Source: the human T2T-CHM13v2.0 reference genome, Homo sapiens. From it: a stretch of 64,000 nucleotides of DNA. This document shows, piece by piece, positions 33,163 to 45,322 of the stretch. The translations under genes and the position numbers were made by a program. The stretch lies in the NCBI RefSeq assembly GCF_009914755.1, contig NC_060927.1; one strand, given 5' to 3'. A model generated the notes under the pieces. The model made no database searches and was not told the DNA's origin. It was given only the letters and a program-made list of their open reading frames with translations. Numbering within the stretch: position 1 is the stretch's first letter; each line of letters starts with the position of its first letter.

Positions 33163-34074
33163 ACACATCACCACTGTTTTTGTTTTTTAGTATAAAGAGT
33201 AGTATTTTATTGAATAAGATTTGCTCACAGAAAAATAAGTTTAAATCTACAACGAATGCCAGAGCCTACAGCAGAAAGCAATTTTCTCACTTTTCCACAC
33301 ACAATGGTTCCTAATAAGTGAAAAGAAAGCCATAAAATTTCATTCACAAATGTACTACTCTGTCTCAAAACACCTCACGTAATCATGCACTGTACTAAAG
33401 CCATCAGATCAGTTCTTCAGTCAGGTTAAAGAAGTATCCCTCTAATAACTGACTTTTATAATGCTATCAATATCCACTCCCAATCAGTCTGCCATTGTTA
33501 ATGGTGTACAGCATTACTGAATACAACGGAATTGATGACGCCCATATCCACAGACAAACCGTGACTTATGATGGTTTGATTTATGATTTTTCAACGTTAT
33601 GATGGGTTTATTGGAATATTAGATTCGTTTCTGAGTTACACTGGGTTTATGAGTATGCGACCCTACACTCCAGAAACAGCTGTATAAGGAAAAACAGGTG
33701 TACCTAATAAAAATATGCTTAGTGACTTGGGATAAACCAATAGATGTTCACAAGTGATGGAGAGCCGTGAAAGAGAGATAGCGGTAAATAGTTACAATAA
33801 CACAATTTTCCTGCACCTGTCGAGGATTTCCCCCAAAAAACGCAGAATGTGGGATGCACCTAAGGCATATGAAAGAGAGAGGGCAGAAGGAGTAAGAGAG
33901 AAATAGGAGGAAGGAAGGAAGGAAGCAAGGAAGAAAGGAAGGAAGGAAAGAAGGAAGGTAGGACGGAAGGAAGGAAGGAAGGAAGGAAGGAAGGAAGGAA
34001 AGAAGGATGAAAGGAAGGAGAAAACACCGGTGTTACTAAAACCCCCCAAAAAATGGTTTCCCCCTGTGGGTAAG

Positions 34075-34416
34075 CCTACAATGTGGATGAATCTTGAAAA
34101 TATTGTGCTACGTGTTATGTCAGTCATAGCAGCTCACCTATTGTGCAATTCCGTTTATAGGAAATGTCCACAATATGGAAATCTATGCATATGGGATTGA
34201 TCGCACTAGGTAGTTGCTACCTGGGGCTGAGGGTCAGGGAGAGGGTTTGAGACAGAATGAGGAGTGACTAATGTCTACAGGGTCTTTCTCTGGTCGGGGC
34301 TGATAAGACGTTTTACAATGGATTGCGAATTAAAATTGAATGTGCACAACCACAGGTATACTAAAAGCCACTCAATTCATGACCTTTAATGGGGGAATCT
34401 TACGTGGCGTAGTCTC
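34075..34416 (+). mobile_element. L1MB 3' fragment
   Basis: Copy of 2679-3020. Confidence 0.8.
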
Positions 34417-34616
34417 ATGGAGACCACGGCAGACATAGTGAGAGAGAAAAAGGTGAGTAAATATCTGAAACGGAGGCAGAAACAGAGAGAATGAAAAGCC
34501 CTGTGAATGGAAGGGAGAGCGAAAAGGGAAAATGGTCCTATTTACAAATGACAGATGTGAAACTGGGGTTCACATCAACAGTGTCACTGCCAGGAAGGAG
34601 GGTCATGCTAGCCATG

Positions 34617-37454
34617 TCACCGGTAGTGTGGCCCGCAGGGACGCCGACCTGCTGGAGCGTCGTGCCAGCATGGGCTGTGGCAAGCACGTGGGCCAGCAGG
34701 AGGTTCCCGCTGCACAGCTGTGGGGTGAGGATAGACTGGGTGGTGATATCGGCCATTACAGGGGCCTCTTCTGCTGGCAAGAGTGTGACAGTAGCAAGTA
34801 GATGGACAGGCCTGCGTGTGAGGACGGAATGCAGGAGGGGTTCTTGTGCGGCTGGGTGTGGGGCCCTCACGGGAACCGTGGAGAAATGGCCAGGTAACTG
34901 CGTCATGTGGGCTAGTAGATTGGCCAGGGCTTCGAACTGAAGGACGATAATGGGGAGTAGCTGTCAGGCCCTGGGAGTGCCTGAGTGTAAGTGGAGATGG
35001 GTTTGGGGTCACTGAGGGATGTGTGGGAGCCATCCCTGTATAGGTACAGGTCATAGGGAGATAGTCTCGTGAGGCCTGTGAGTGTCTAGGGTTGTCCTGG
35101 GTGCCTGGGGCTGACTGTGGCAGAAATCTGGGGAAGGCTGGAGAGAAGCTGGGAGACCCAGGAGAGTCCCTGAAGGCAGGGGGTGAAGAGGTGAAAGAAA
35201 TGGGGGAGGGTTGCAGTAAGGTCCGTGAGTTTGTAGGTGATTCCTGGGTGCGGGAAGCTGACTCCAGGTGAAATCTGGAGATGGTTGGAGAGTAGCTGAG
35301 AGAGACAGAAGAGTCCCTGAGGGCTGGGGGTGAGAACATGAGGGAGACGGGGGAGTAAGTCAGTGAAATTCGTGAGTTCGGTGGTGTATCGTGGGTGCCT
35401 GGAACTGACTCCAGCTGGAATCTAGAGAAGTTTTGAGAGTAGCTGAAGGAGACACAAGAGTCCCTGTGGGCTGAGGGCAAAGACCTGAGAGAGACCAGGG
35501 AGGACCTCAGTGAAGTCTGTGAGTCTGTAGGTGATTCCGGAGTGTGGGAGGCTGACTCCCGCTGAAATCTGGGCGTGGTGGGAGAGTAGCTGGGACAGAC
35601 AGGAGAGTCCCAGGGGGCTGGGGGTGAAGACATGAGAGAGACTGGGGAGTAACTCAGTGAAATTGCTGAGTTGGTTGGTGATACCTGGGTGCCTGGAACT
35701 GACCCCCGCTGAAATCTGGGCATGGTTGGAGAGTAGCTGGGACACACAGGAGAGTCCCTGAGGGCTGGGGGTGAAGACATGAGCGAGACCGGGGAGTAAC
35801 TGAGTGAAACTGGTGAGTTTGGTGGTGACTCCGGGGTGCCTGGAACTGACTCCAGCTGAAGTGTGGGCGTGGTTGGAGAGTAGCTGGGACACACAGGAGA
35901 GTCCCTGAGGGTTGGAGATAAAGACGTGCTAGAGACTGAGGAGTAACTGAGTGAAATTGGTGAGTTTGGTGGTGATTCCGGGGTGCCTGGAACGGACTCC
36001 AGCTGAAATGTGGGCGTGGTTGGAGAGTAGCTGGGACAGACGGGAGAGTCCCTGAGGGATGGTGAAGACATGAGAGAGACTGGGGAGTAACGCAGTGAAA
36101 TTGGTGAGTTTGGTGGTGATTTCTGGGTGTCTGCAACGGACTCCCGCTGAAGTGTGGGCGTGCTTGGAGAGTAGCTGGGACAGACAGGCGAGTCCCTGAG
36201 GGTTGGAGATAAAGACGTGCTGGAGACTGGGGAGTAACTCAGTGAAAGTGGTGGGCTTGGTGGTGATCCCAGGGTTCCTGGAACTGACCCGCGCTGAAAT
36301 GTGGGCGTGGTTGGAGAGTAGCTGGGACAGACTGGAGGGTCCGTAAGGGCTGGGGGTGAAGACGTGAGAGAGACTGGCGAGGATCTCACTGAGGTCTGTG
36401 AGTTTGTAGGTGTTTCTGGGGTGTGGGGTACAGACTCCCGCTGAAATCTGGGCGTAGTTGGAGAGTAGCTGGGACAGACAGGAGAGTCATGGGTGGCTGG
36501 GGGTGAGCTGCTGGATGATGGCAGTAAGAACATATGGTACATTATTGATGAATGAGGTGACTGTGAAGAATCTCCAGAGGAGGACACGGGAGAACACAAT
36601 GACATGAGTGACTGTCCTGCTTGGTTAGGAAAGGGAAACGTAAAGTTGTGGAATTCTGTTGATGATGGATGTGAGAGTGGTGAAGCCCTGCGGGATGATG
36701 TAGAGGACTTCCACATCCCTGGTGAGGAGCTGCCCCTTGGGTCTGAGTTTCTGGGAGGGGAGAGGGAGAAGCTGGGTGAGGCAGGCATGAATCTTGAGGA
36801 GTCAGGGCTGGGGGACCGCTCATATTCTCCCGAGACCTGTGAGTCTCTGGGGGACTCCTGGGTGCATGGGGCTGACTCCCGCAGGAACCTGGGGATGGCT
36901 GGAGAGTAACTGGGAGCCACAGGAGGGTCCCTGAGGCCTGGGGGTGAAGAGATGCAAGACACAGGGGTGGAGCAGCGTGAGGCTCGTGAGTTTGTAGGTG
37001 ATTCCTGGGTGTGGGGGGCTGACTCCAGCTGAAATCTGGGGTTGTTTGGAGAGTAGCTGGGAGACACAGGAGACCCCCCGAGAGCTGGGGGTGAGCTGCT
37101 GGGTGATGGCAGTAAGAACATGTGGTATATTATTGATGAACGTGGGGACTCTGAGGAGTCCTCAGAGGAGGACACGGCAGAGCCCAATGGCTTCATTGAT
37201 TGCCCATCACGGTGAGGACAGGGAAATGGGAGCTTGTGGGATTCTGGTGATGACAGAGGTGAGTGTGGTGAAGCCCTAGGGGATGGTGAATGGTAGTTCC
37301 GGATCCCTGGTGAGGAGCTTCCCCTTAAGCCTGAGTTTCTGAGAGGGGAGAGGGAGAAGCTGGGTGAGGCTCGCATGGACCTTGGGGTGTCCGTGCTGGG
37401 GGACCGTTCATAAGAAGAGCCAGACAAGACCCTACTGTTCTTAGGTGCAGACAT
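34617..37454 (-). CDS. 945-aa CTD-like repeat protein, copy 6 (one repeat deleted in frame)
   Basis: Intact ORF with the same 144-bp deletion as copy 4. Confidence 0.7.
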   Translation of the reverse strand: MSAPKNSRVLSGSSYERSPSTDTPRSMRASPSFSLSPLRNSGLRGSSSPGIRNYHSPSPRASPHSPLSSPESHKLPFPCPHRDGQSMKPLGSAVSSSEDSSESPRSSIIYHMFLLPSPSSSPPALGGSPVSPSYSPNNPRFQLESAPHTQESPTNSRASRCSTPVSCISSPPGLRDPPVAPSYSPAIPRFLRESAPCTQESPRDSQVSGEYERSPSPDSSRFMPASPSFSLSPPRNSDPRGSSSPGMWKSSTSSRRASPLSHPSSTEFHNFTFPFPNQAGQSLMSLCSPVSSSGDSSQSPHSSIMYHMFLLPSSSSSPPATHDSPVCPSYSPTTPRFQRESVPHTPETPTNSQTSVRSSPVSLTSSPPALTDPPVCPSYSPTTPTFQRGSVPGTLGSPPSPPLSLSYSPVSSTSLSPTLRDSPVCPSYSPSTPTLQRESVADTQKSPPNSPISLRYSPVSLMSSPSLRDSPVCPSYSPTTPTFQLESVPGTPESPPNSPISLSYSSVSSTSLSPTLRDSPVCPSYSPTTPTLQLESVPGTPESPPNSPVSLSYSPVSLMSSPPALRDSPVCPSYSPTMPRFQRGSVPGTQVSPTNSAISLSYSPVSLMSSPPAPWDSPVCPSYSPTTPRFQRESASHTPESPTDSQTSLRSSLVSLRSLPSAHRDSCVSFSYSQNFSRFQLESVPGTHDTPPNSRISLTYSPVSLMFSPPALRDSSVSLSYSPTISRFHLESASRTQESPTNSRTLLQPSPISFTSSPPAFRDSPGSPSFSPAFPRFLPQSAPGTQDNPRHSQASRDYLPMTCTYTGMAPTHPSVTPNPSPLTLRHSQGLTATPHYRPSVRSPGQSTSPHDAVTWPFLHGSREGPTPSRTRTPPAFRPHTQACPSTCYCHTLASRRGPCNGRYHHPVYPHPTAVQREPPAGPRACHSPCWHDAPAGRRPCGPHYR
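35066..36507 (-). repeat. ACRO1-like array, 10 monomers
   Basis: As unit 1 minus one monomer. Confidence 0.9.
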
Positions 37455-37529
37455 GATTAGGAAACCTGCAGCTCCCAGGGGCCCCCACTAATGTTCTAAC
37501 TCGCAGAAGGAAGGAGTGTGTGTGCGTGT

Positions 37530-37561
<32 letters not shown>

Positions 37562-37769
37562 TTGTGTGTGTGCGGTGTGAGGTATGGGCCCCTTAAGGAA
37601 ATGGAAATCAACCAACCAATGGGACAGACAGACAGACAGACAGACAGAGATTCACTTGCCCAAGTGTTCTGTCCTGTCCTCTGAATCCGCTTCCAAGTCG
37701 CAAGACGCTGTGAGCTCCAAGTCCACGCAGAGTCCGCCAAACGCTGCGGCCGCTGATCCGCTCCGCGAA

Positions 37770-37838
37770 GATCTGAGTACAGGCCAGCCAGGGTGGGTTT
37801 AAATAGCCTCGGGCGCAGCCTAGCAGCGGAAAGGGCGG
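37770..37838 (-). promoter_or_regulatory. Core promoter, copy 6 (predicted TSS 37774)
   Basis: Same motifs. Confidence 0.65.
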
Positions 37839-38397
37839 AGCTTCACTCCTCCTTTCCATCAGTCACCCCCAACTTTCCCAGGCTACACCTCGTAGGAAAC
37901 TGTTCTCCTGCTTTGATTTCATGCGCCACCTTTGGGACAATCTAAGAACTTACAGGTTTTCTTGGCCAGATTTATTAGGAATTGTATGCACTGAAACACT
38001 GAAAACCAACTAGTGGTTCTGTGCTTCCCACGTTGTGGTTTTGACACCAGCAGCATCCTTGCCACAATCAAACCCCGGAGATCCGCAGATCTGTGTTGTA
38101 ACAAGACCTCCCCCTGACCCTGAAGCATGGCAGTTGAAGAAGTCTTTCCGTGTAAGCGAAAAGACTTTGAAGAAAAGGTGGAGATATGCTTTGTATAAAC
38201 ATTCTTTTGCTCTGGAACCACGTAGAGACTTGGGAGCCAGTTGGGTGGAGCATTCGTTGGATGAGGGTGCTCGGGTTAGGAATATCAAGGTGTTTCTCCA
38301 GATAATCCAATCATCTAATTAAGATTCCAGTTATGCTCATCTGTTTTAAAATTCCGTTTGGGTAAATTCTTTTAGTCAGACTGAGAATGGCAAAGCC

Positions 38398-38852
38398 TCA
38401 ACCCCAATTTCCAGGGAGGGTGGAGAGCCTCAGGTGGAGTTGATCACCAATAGCCTATGGTTTAACCCATCATGCCTATAGAATGAGGTCTCCATCAAAA
38501 CCCAAAAGGACTGGGTTCAGAGAGCTTCTGGATAACACTTCCTGGAAGGTAGTGCACCCCTCCCCGCATGGCGGGCCCCACATTTATTTCTGAACTTTGT
38601 GCAATGTCCGCTAAAATACAACGGCAAATGTAAGTGTTTCCCTGCGTGCTGTGAGCTCTTCCAGCAAATGAATGCAACTAAATCTGGGAGTGGTGGCAAC
38701 CTGAATTATAGCCAGTTGCTGAGAAGCACAGGTAAAACAACGTAGGGCTTCCCATTGTTATTGGTGTGGGAGGCCTGTCTGGCGGGACTCGGCCCTTTGG
38801 AATCTAATGCTATGTCCCGGTAGATAGCGTCACCATTGAATTAGAAGACACA
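38398..38852 (+). mobile_element. MER21-family LTR remnant
   Basis: Copy of 832-1286. Confidence 0.75.
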
Positions 38853-39016
38853 CATATGTGGAGAATAATCTTTCTGGTCATTTACTGCATGTCATATTTA
38901 CAATATGTAATCAAATTCTTTATCCTGACCTTATGGCACCTGGGTTTAGGACCATGATTTGAACCAAACGTTGGTCTGTCACTTTCTGAGTTTGAAACTT
39001 TATTTTGCCTTTAGCG

Positions 39017-39328
39017 TTTTGCTATTGCTTTTTCGTTTTCTTTTGTTTCGTTTCGTTTCTAAGTTCTGGGGTATATGTGCAGGATGTGCAGATTTGTTAC
39101 TAAGGTAAACGTGTGCCATGGTGGTTTGCTGCACCTGTCAACCCGTCACCTAGGTATTAAGCCCAGCATGCAGTAGCTGTTTTTCTTAACGCTCTGCCTC
39201 CCGAAAGGCCCCAGTGTGTGTTGTTCCCCTTCCTGTGTCCATGGGATCTCACTTTTCAGCTCCCATTATAAGTGAGAAGGTGGCGTTTGGTTTTCTTTCC
39301 CTGGATTAGTTTGCTGACGATAATGACC
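39017..39328 (-). mobile_element. L1PA 3' fragment
   Basis: Copy of 1451-1762. Confidence 0.9.
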
Positions 39329-40236
39329 ACACATCACCACTGTTTTTGTTTTTTAGTATAAAGAGTAGTATTTTATTGAATAAGATTTGCTCACAGAAAA
39401 ATAAGCTTAAATCTACAATGAATGCCAGACCCTACAGCAGAAAGCAATTTTCTCACTTTTCCACACACAATGGTTCCTACTAAGTGAAAAAAAAGCCATA
39501 AAATTTCATTCACAAATGTACTACTCTGTCTCAAAACATCTCACGTAATCATGCACTGTACTAAAGCCATCAGATCAGTTCTTCAGTCAGGTTAAAGAAG
39601 TATCCCTCTAATAACTGACTTTTATAATGCTATCAATATCCACTCCCAATCAGTCTGCCATTGTTAATGGTGTACAGCATTACTGAATACAACGGAATTG
39701 ATGACGCCCATATCCACAGACAAACCGTGACTTATGATGGTTTGATTTATGATTTTTCAACGTTATGATGGGTTTATTGGAATATTAGATTCGTTTCTGA
39801 GTTACACTGGGTTTATGAGTATGCGACCCTACACTCCAGAAACAGCTGTATAAGGAAAAACAGGTGTACCTAATAAAAATATGCTTAGTGACTTGGGATA
39901 AACCAATAGATGTTCACAAGTGATGGAGAGCCGTGAAAGAGAGATAGCGGTAAATAGTTACAATAACACAATTTTCCTGCACCTGTCGAGGATTTCCCCC
40001 AAAAAACGCAGAATGTGGGATGCACCTAAGGCATATGAAAGAGAGAGGGCAGAAGGAGTAAGAGAGAAATAGGAGGAAGGAAGGAAGGAAGCAAGGAAGA
40101 AAGGAAGGAAGGAAAGAAGGAAGGTAGGACGGAAGGAAGGAAGGAAGGAAGGAAGGAAGGAAAGAAGGATGAAAGGAAGGAGAAAACACCGGTGTTACTA
40201 AAACCCCCCAAAAAATGGTTTTCCCCTGTGGGTAAG

Positions 40237-40578
40237 CCTACAATGTGGATGAATCTTGAAAATATTTTGCTACGTGATATGTCAGTCATAGCAGCTCACC
40301 TATTGTGCAATTCCGTTTATAGGAAATGTCCACAATATGGAAATCTATGCATATGGGATTGATCGCACTAGGTAGTTGCTACCTGGGGCTGAGGGTCAGG
40401 GAGAGGGTTTGAGACAGAATGAGGAGTGACTAATGTCTACAGGGTCTTTCTCTGGTCGGGGGTGATAAGACGTTTTACAATGGATTGCGAATTAAAATTG
40501 AATGTGCACAACCACAGGTATACTAAAAGCCACTCAATTCATGACCTTTAATGGGGGAATCTTACGTGGCGTAGTCTC
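40237..40578 (+). mobile_element. L1MB 3' fragment
   Basis: Copy of 2679-3020. Confidence 0.8.
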
Positions 40579-40778
40579 ATGGAGACCACGGCAGACATAG
40601 TGAGAGAGAAAAAGGTGAGTAAATATCTGAAACGGAGGCAGAAACAGAGAGAATGAAAAGCCCTGTGAATGGAAGGGAGAGCGAAAAGGGAAAATGGTCC
40701 TATTTACAAATGACAGATGTGAAACTGGGGTTCACATCAACAGTGTCACTGCCAGGAAGGAGGGTCATGCTAGCCATG

Positions 40779-43760
40779 TCACCGGTAGTGTGGCCCGCAG
40801 GGACGCCGACCTGCTGGAGCGTCGTGCCAGCATGGGCTGTGGCAAGCACGTGGGCCAGCAGGAGGTTCCCGCTGCACAGCTGTGGGGTGAGGATAGACTG
40901 GGTGGTGATATCGGCCATTACAGGGGCCTCTTCTGCTGGCAAGAGTGTGACAGTAGCAAGTAGATGGACAGGCCTGCGTGTGAGGACGGAATGCAGGAGG
41001 GGTTCTTGTGCGCCTGGGTGTGGGGCCCTCACGGGAACCGTGGAGAAATGGCCAGGTAACTGCGTCATGTGGGCTAGTAGATTGGCCAGGGCTTCGAACT
41101 GAAGGACGATAATGGGGAGTAGCTGTCAGGCCCTGGGAGTGCCTGAGTGTAAGTGGAGATGGGTTTGGGGTCACTGAGGGATGCGTGGGAGCCATCCCTG
41201 TATAGGTACAGGTCATAGGGAGATAGTCTCGTGAGGCCTGTGAGTGTCTAGGGTTGTCCTGGGTGCCTGGGGCTGACTGTGGCAGAAATCTGGGGAAGGC
41301 TGGAGAGAAGCTGGGAGACCCAGGAGAGTCCCTGAAGGCAGGGGGTGAAGAGGTGAAAGAAATGGGGGAGGGTTGCAGTAAGGTCCGTGAGTTTGTAGGT
41401 GATTCCTGGGTGCGGGAAGCTGACTCCAGGTGAAATCTGGAGATGGTTGGAGAGTAGCTGAGAGAGACAGAAGAGTCCTTGAGGGCTGGGGGTGAGAACA
41501 TGAGGGAGACGGGGGAGTAAGTCAGTGAAATTCGTGAGTTCGGTGGTGTATCGTGGGTGCCTGGAACTGACTCCAGCTGGAATCTAGAGAAGTTTTGAGA
41601 GTAGCTGAAGGAGACACAAGAGTCCCTGTGGGCTGAGGGCAAAGACCTGAGAGAGACCAGGGAGGACCTCAGTGAAGTCTGTGAGTCTGTAGGTGATTCC
41701 GGAGTGTGGGAGGCTGACTCCCGCTGAAATCTGGGCGTGGTGGGAGAGTAGCTGGGACAGACAGGAGAGTCCCAGGGGGCTGGGGGTGAAGACATGAGAG
41801 AGACTGGGGAGTAACTCAGTGAAATTGCTGAGTTGGTTGGTGATACCTGGGTGCCTGGAACTGACCCCCGCTGAAATCTGGGCATGGTTGGAGAGTAGCT
41901 GGGACACACAGGAGAGTCCCTGAGGGCTGGGGGTGAAGACATGAGCGAGACCGGGGAGTAACTGAGTGAAACTGGTGAGTTTGGTGGTGACTCCGGGGTG
42001 CCTGGAACTGACTCCAGCTGAAATGTGGGCGTGGTTGGAGAGTAGCTGGGACAGACAGGAGAGTCCCTGAGGACTGGTGAAGACATGAGAGAGAGTGGAG
42101 AGTAATTGAGTGAAATTGGTGAGTTTGGTGGTGATTCCTGGGTGCCTGGAACTGACTCCCGCTGAAGTGTGGGCGTGGTTGGAGAGTAGCTGGGACACAC
42201 AGGAGAGTCCCTGAGGGTTGGAGATAAAGACGTGCTAGAGACTGAGGAGTAACTGAGTGAAATTGGTGAGTTTGGTGGTGATTCCGGGGTGCCTGGAACG
42301 GACTCCAGCTGAAATGTGGGCGTGGTTGGAGAGTAGCTGGGACAGACGGGAGAGTCCCTGAGGGATGGTGAAGACATGAGAGAGACTGGGGAGTAACGCA
42401 GTGAAATTGGTGAGTTTGGTGGTGATTTCTGGGTGTCTGCAACGGACTCCCGCTGAAGTGTGGGCGTGCTTGGAGAGTAGCTGGGACAGACAGGCGAGTC
42501 CCTGAGGGTTGGAGATAAAGACGTGCTGGAGACTGGGGAGTAACTCAGTGAAAGTGGTGGGCTTGGTGGTGATCCCAGGGTTCCTGGAACTGACCCGCGC
42601 TGAAATGTGGGCGTGGTTGGAGAGTAGCTGGGACAGACTGGAGGGTCCGTAAGGGCTGGGGGTGAAGACGTGAGAGAGACTGGCGAGGATCTCACTGAGG
42701 TCTGTGAGTTTGTAGGTGTTTCTGGGGTGTGGGGTACAGACTCCCGCTGAAATCTGGGCGTAGTTGGAGAGTAGCTGGGACAGACAGGAGAGTCATGGGT
42801 GGCTGGGGGTGAGCTGCTGGATGATGGCAGTAAGAACATATGGTACATTATTGATGAATGAGGTGACTGTGAAGAATCTCCAGAGGAGGACACGGGAGAA
42901 CACAATGACATGAGTGACTGTCCTGCTTGGTTAGGAAAGGGAAACGTAAAGTTGTGGAATTCTGTTGATGATGGATGTGAGAGTGGTGAAGCCCTGCGGG
43001 ATGATGTAGAGGACTTCCACATCCCTGGTGAGGAGCTGCCCCTTGGGTCTGAGTTTCTGGGAGGGGAGAGGGAGAAGCTGGGTGAGGCAGGCATGAATCT
43101 TGAGGAGTCAGGGCTGGGGGACCGCTCATATTCTCCCGAGACCTGTGAGTCTCTGGGGGACTCCTGGGTGCATGGGGCTGACTCCCGCAGGAACCTGGGG
43201 ATGGCTGGAGAGTAACTGGGAGCCACAGGAGGGTCCCTGAGGCCTGGGGGTGAAGAGATGCAAGACACAGGGGTGGAGCAGCGTGAGGCTCGTGAGTTTG
43301 TAGGTGATTCCTGGGTGTGGGGGGCTGACTCCAGCTGAAATCTGGGGTTGTTTGGAGAGTAGCTGGGAGACACAGGAGACCCCCCGAGAGCTGGGGGTGA
43401 GCTGCTGGGTGATGGCAGTAAGAACATGTGGTATATTATTGATGAACGTGGGGACTCTGAGGAGTCCTCAGAGGAGGACACGGCAGAGCCCAATGGCTTC
43501 ATTGATTGCCCATCACGGTGAGGACAGGGAAATGGGAGCTTGTGGGATTCTGGTGATGACAGAGGTGAGTGTGGTGAAGCCCTAGGGGATGGTGAATGGT
43601 AGTTCCGGATCCCTGGTGAGGAGCTTCCCCTTAAGCCTGAGTTTCTGAGAGGGGAGAGGGAGAAGCTGGGTGAGGCTCGCATGGACCTTGGGGTGTCCGT
43701 GCTGGGGGACCGTTCATAAGAAGAGCCAGACAAGACCCTACTGTTCTTAGGTGCAGACAT
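40779..43760 (-). CDS. 993-aa CTD-like repeat protein, copy 7
   Basis: Intact ORF; PPALKDSS variant. Confidence 0.7.
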   Translation of the reverse strand: MSAPKNSRVLSGSSYERSPSTDTPRSMRASPSFSLSPLRNSGLRGSSSPGIRNYHSPSPRASPHSPLSSPESHKLPFPCPHRDGQSMKPLGSAVSSSEDSSESPRSSIIYHMFLLPSPSSSPPALGGSPVSPSYSPNNPRFQLESAPHTQESPTNSRASRCSTPVSCISSPPGLRDPPVAPSYSPAIPRFLRESAPCTQESPRDSQVSGEYERSPSPDSSRFMPASPSFSLSPPRNSDPRGSSSPGMWKSSTSSRRASPLSHPSSTEFHNFTFPFPNQAGQSLMSLCSPVSSSGDSSQSPHSSIMYHMFLLPSSSSSPPATHDSPVCPSYSPTTPRFQRESVPHTPETPTNSQTSVRSSPVSLTSSPPALTDPPVCPSYSPTTPTFQRGSVPGTLGSPPSPPLSLSYSPVSSTSLSPTLRDSPVCPSYSPSTPTLQRESVADTQKSPPNSPISLRYSPVSLMSSPSLRDSPVCPSYSPTTPTFQLESVPGTPESPPNSPISLSYSSVSSTSLSPTLRDSPVCPSYSPTTPTLQRESVPGTQESPPNSPISLNYSPLSLMSSPVLRDSPVCPSYSPTTPTFQLESVPGTPESPPNSPVSLSYSPVSLMSSPPALRDSPVCPSYSPTMPRFQRGSVPGTQVSPTNSAISLSYSPVSLMSSPPAPWDSPVCPSYSPTTPRFQRESASHTPESPTDSQTSLRSSLVSLRSLPSAHRDSCVSFSYSQNFSRFQLESVPGTHDTPPNSRISLTYSPVSLMFSPPALKDSSVSLSYSPTISRFHLESASRTQESPTNSRTLLQPSPISFTSSPPAFRDSPGSPSFSPAFPRFLPQSAPGTQDNPRHSQASRDYLPMTCTYTGMAPTHPSVTPNPSPLTLRHSQGLTATPHYRPSVRSPGQSTSPHDAVTWPFLHGSREGPTPRRTRTPPAFRPHTQACPSTCYCHTLASRRGPCNGRYHHPVYPHPTAVQREPPAGPRACHSPCWHDAPAGRRPCGPHYR
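41228..42813 (-). repeat. ACRO1-like array, 11 monomers
   Basis: As unit 1. Confidence 0.9.
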
Positions 43761-43835
43761 GATTAGGAAACCTGCAGCTCCCAGGGGCCCCCACTAATGT
43801 TCTAACTCGCAGAAGGAAGGAGTGTGTGTGCGTGT

Positions 43836-43867
<32 letters not shown>

Positions 43868-44075
43868 TTGTGTGTGTGCGGTGTGAGGTATGGGCCCCTT
43901 AAGGAAATGGAAATCAACCAACCAATGGGACAGACAGACAGACAGACAGACAGAGATTCACTTGCCCAAGTGTTCTGTCCTGTCCTCTGAATCCGCTTCC
44001 AAGTCGCAAGACGCTGTGAGCTCCAAGTCCACGCAGAGTCCGCCAAACGCTCCGGCCGCTGATCCGCTCCGCGAA

Positions 44076-44144
44076 GATCTGAGTACAGGCCAGCCAGGGT
44101 GGGTTTAAATAGCCTCGGGCGCAGCCTAGCAGCGGAAAGGGCGG
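44076..44144 (-). promoter_or_regulatory. Core promoter, copy 7 (predicted TSS 44080)
   Basis: Same motifs. Confidence 0.65.
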
Positions 44145-44703
44145 AGCTTCACTCCTCCTTTCCATCAGTCACCCCCAACTTTCCCAGGCTACACCTCGTA
44201 GGAAACTGTTCTCCTGCTTTGATTTCATGCGCCACCTTTGGGACAATCTAAGAACTTACAGGTTTTCTTGGCCAGATTTATTAGGAATTGTATGCACTGA
44301 AACACTGAAAACCAACTAGTGGTTCTGTGCTTCCCACGTTGTGGTTTTGACACCAGCAGCATCCTTGCCACAATCAAACCCCGGAGATCCGCAGATCTGT
44401 GTTGTAACAAGACCTCCCCCTGACCCTGAAGCATGGCAGTTGAAGAAGTCTTTCCGTGTAAGCGAAAAGACTTTGAAGAAAAGGTGGAGATATGCGTTGT
44501 ATAAACATTCTTTTGCTCTGGAACCACGTAGAGACTTGGGAGCCAGTTGGGTGGAGCATTCGTTGGATGAGGGTGCTCGGGTTAGGAATATCAAGGTGTT
44601 TCTCCAGATAATCCAATCATCTAATTAAGATTCCAGTTATGCTCATCTGTTTTAAAATTCCGTTTGGGTAAATTCTTTTAGTCAGACTGAGAATGGCAAA
44701 CCC

Positions 44704-45158
44704 TCAACCCCAATTTCCAGGGAGGGTGGAGAGCCTCAGGTGGAGTTGATCACCAATAGCCTATGGTTTAACCCATCATGCCTATAGAATGAGGTCTCCA
44801 TCAAAACCCAAAAGGACTGGGTTCAGAGAGCTTCTGGATAACACTTCCTGGAAGGTAGTGCACCCCTCCCCGCATGGCGGGCCCCACATTTATTTCTGAA
44901 CTTTGTGCAATGTCCGCTAAAATACAACGGCAAATGTAAGTGTTTCCCTGCGTGCTGTGAGCTCTTCCAGCAAATGAATGCAACTAAATCTGGGAGTGGT
45001 GGCAACCTGAATTATAGCCAGTTGCTGAGAAGCACAGGTAAAACAACGTAGGGCTTCCCATTGTTATTGGTGTGGGAGGCCTGTCTGGCGGGACTCGGCC
45101 CTTTGGAATCTAATGCTATGTCCCGGTAGATAGCGTCACCATTGAATTAGAAGACACA
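44704..45158 (+). mobile_element. MER21-family LTR remnant
   Basis: Copy of 832-1286. Confidence 0.75.
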
Positions 45159-45322
45159 CATATGTGGAGAATAATCTTTCTGGTCATTTACTGCATGTCA
45201 TATTTACAATATGTAATCAAATTCTTTATCCTGACCTTATGGCACCTGGGTTTAGGACCATGATTTGAACCAAACGTTGGTCTGTCACTTTCTGAGTTTG
45301 AAACTTTATTTTGCCTTTAGCG

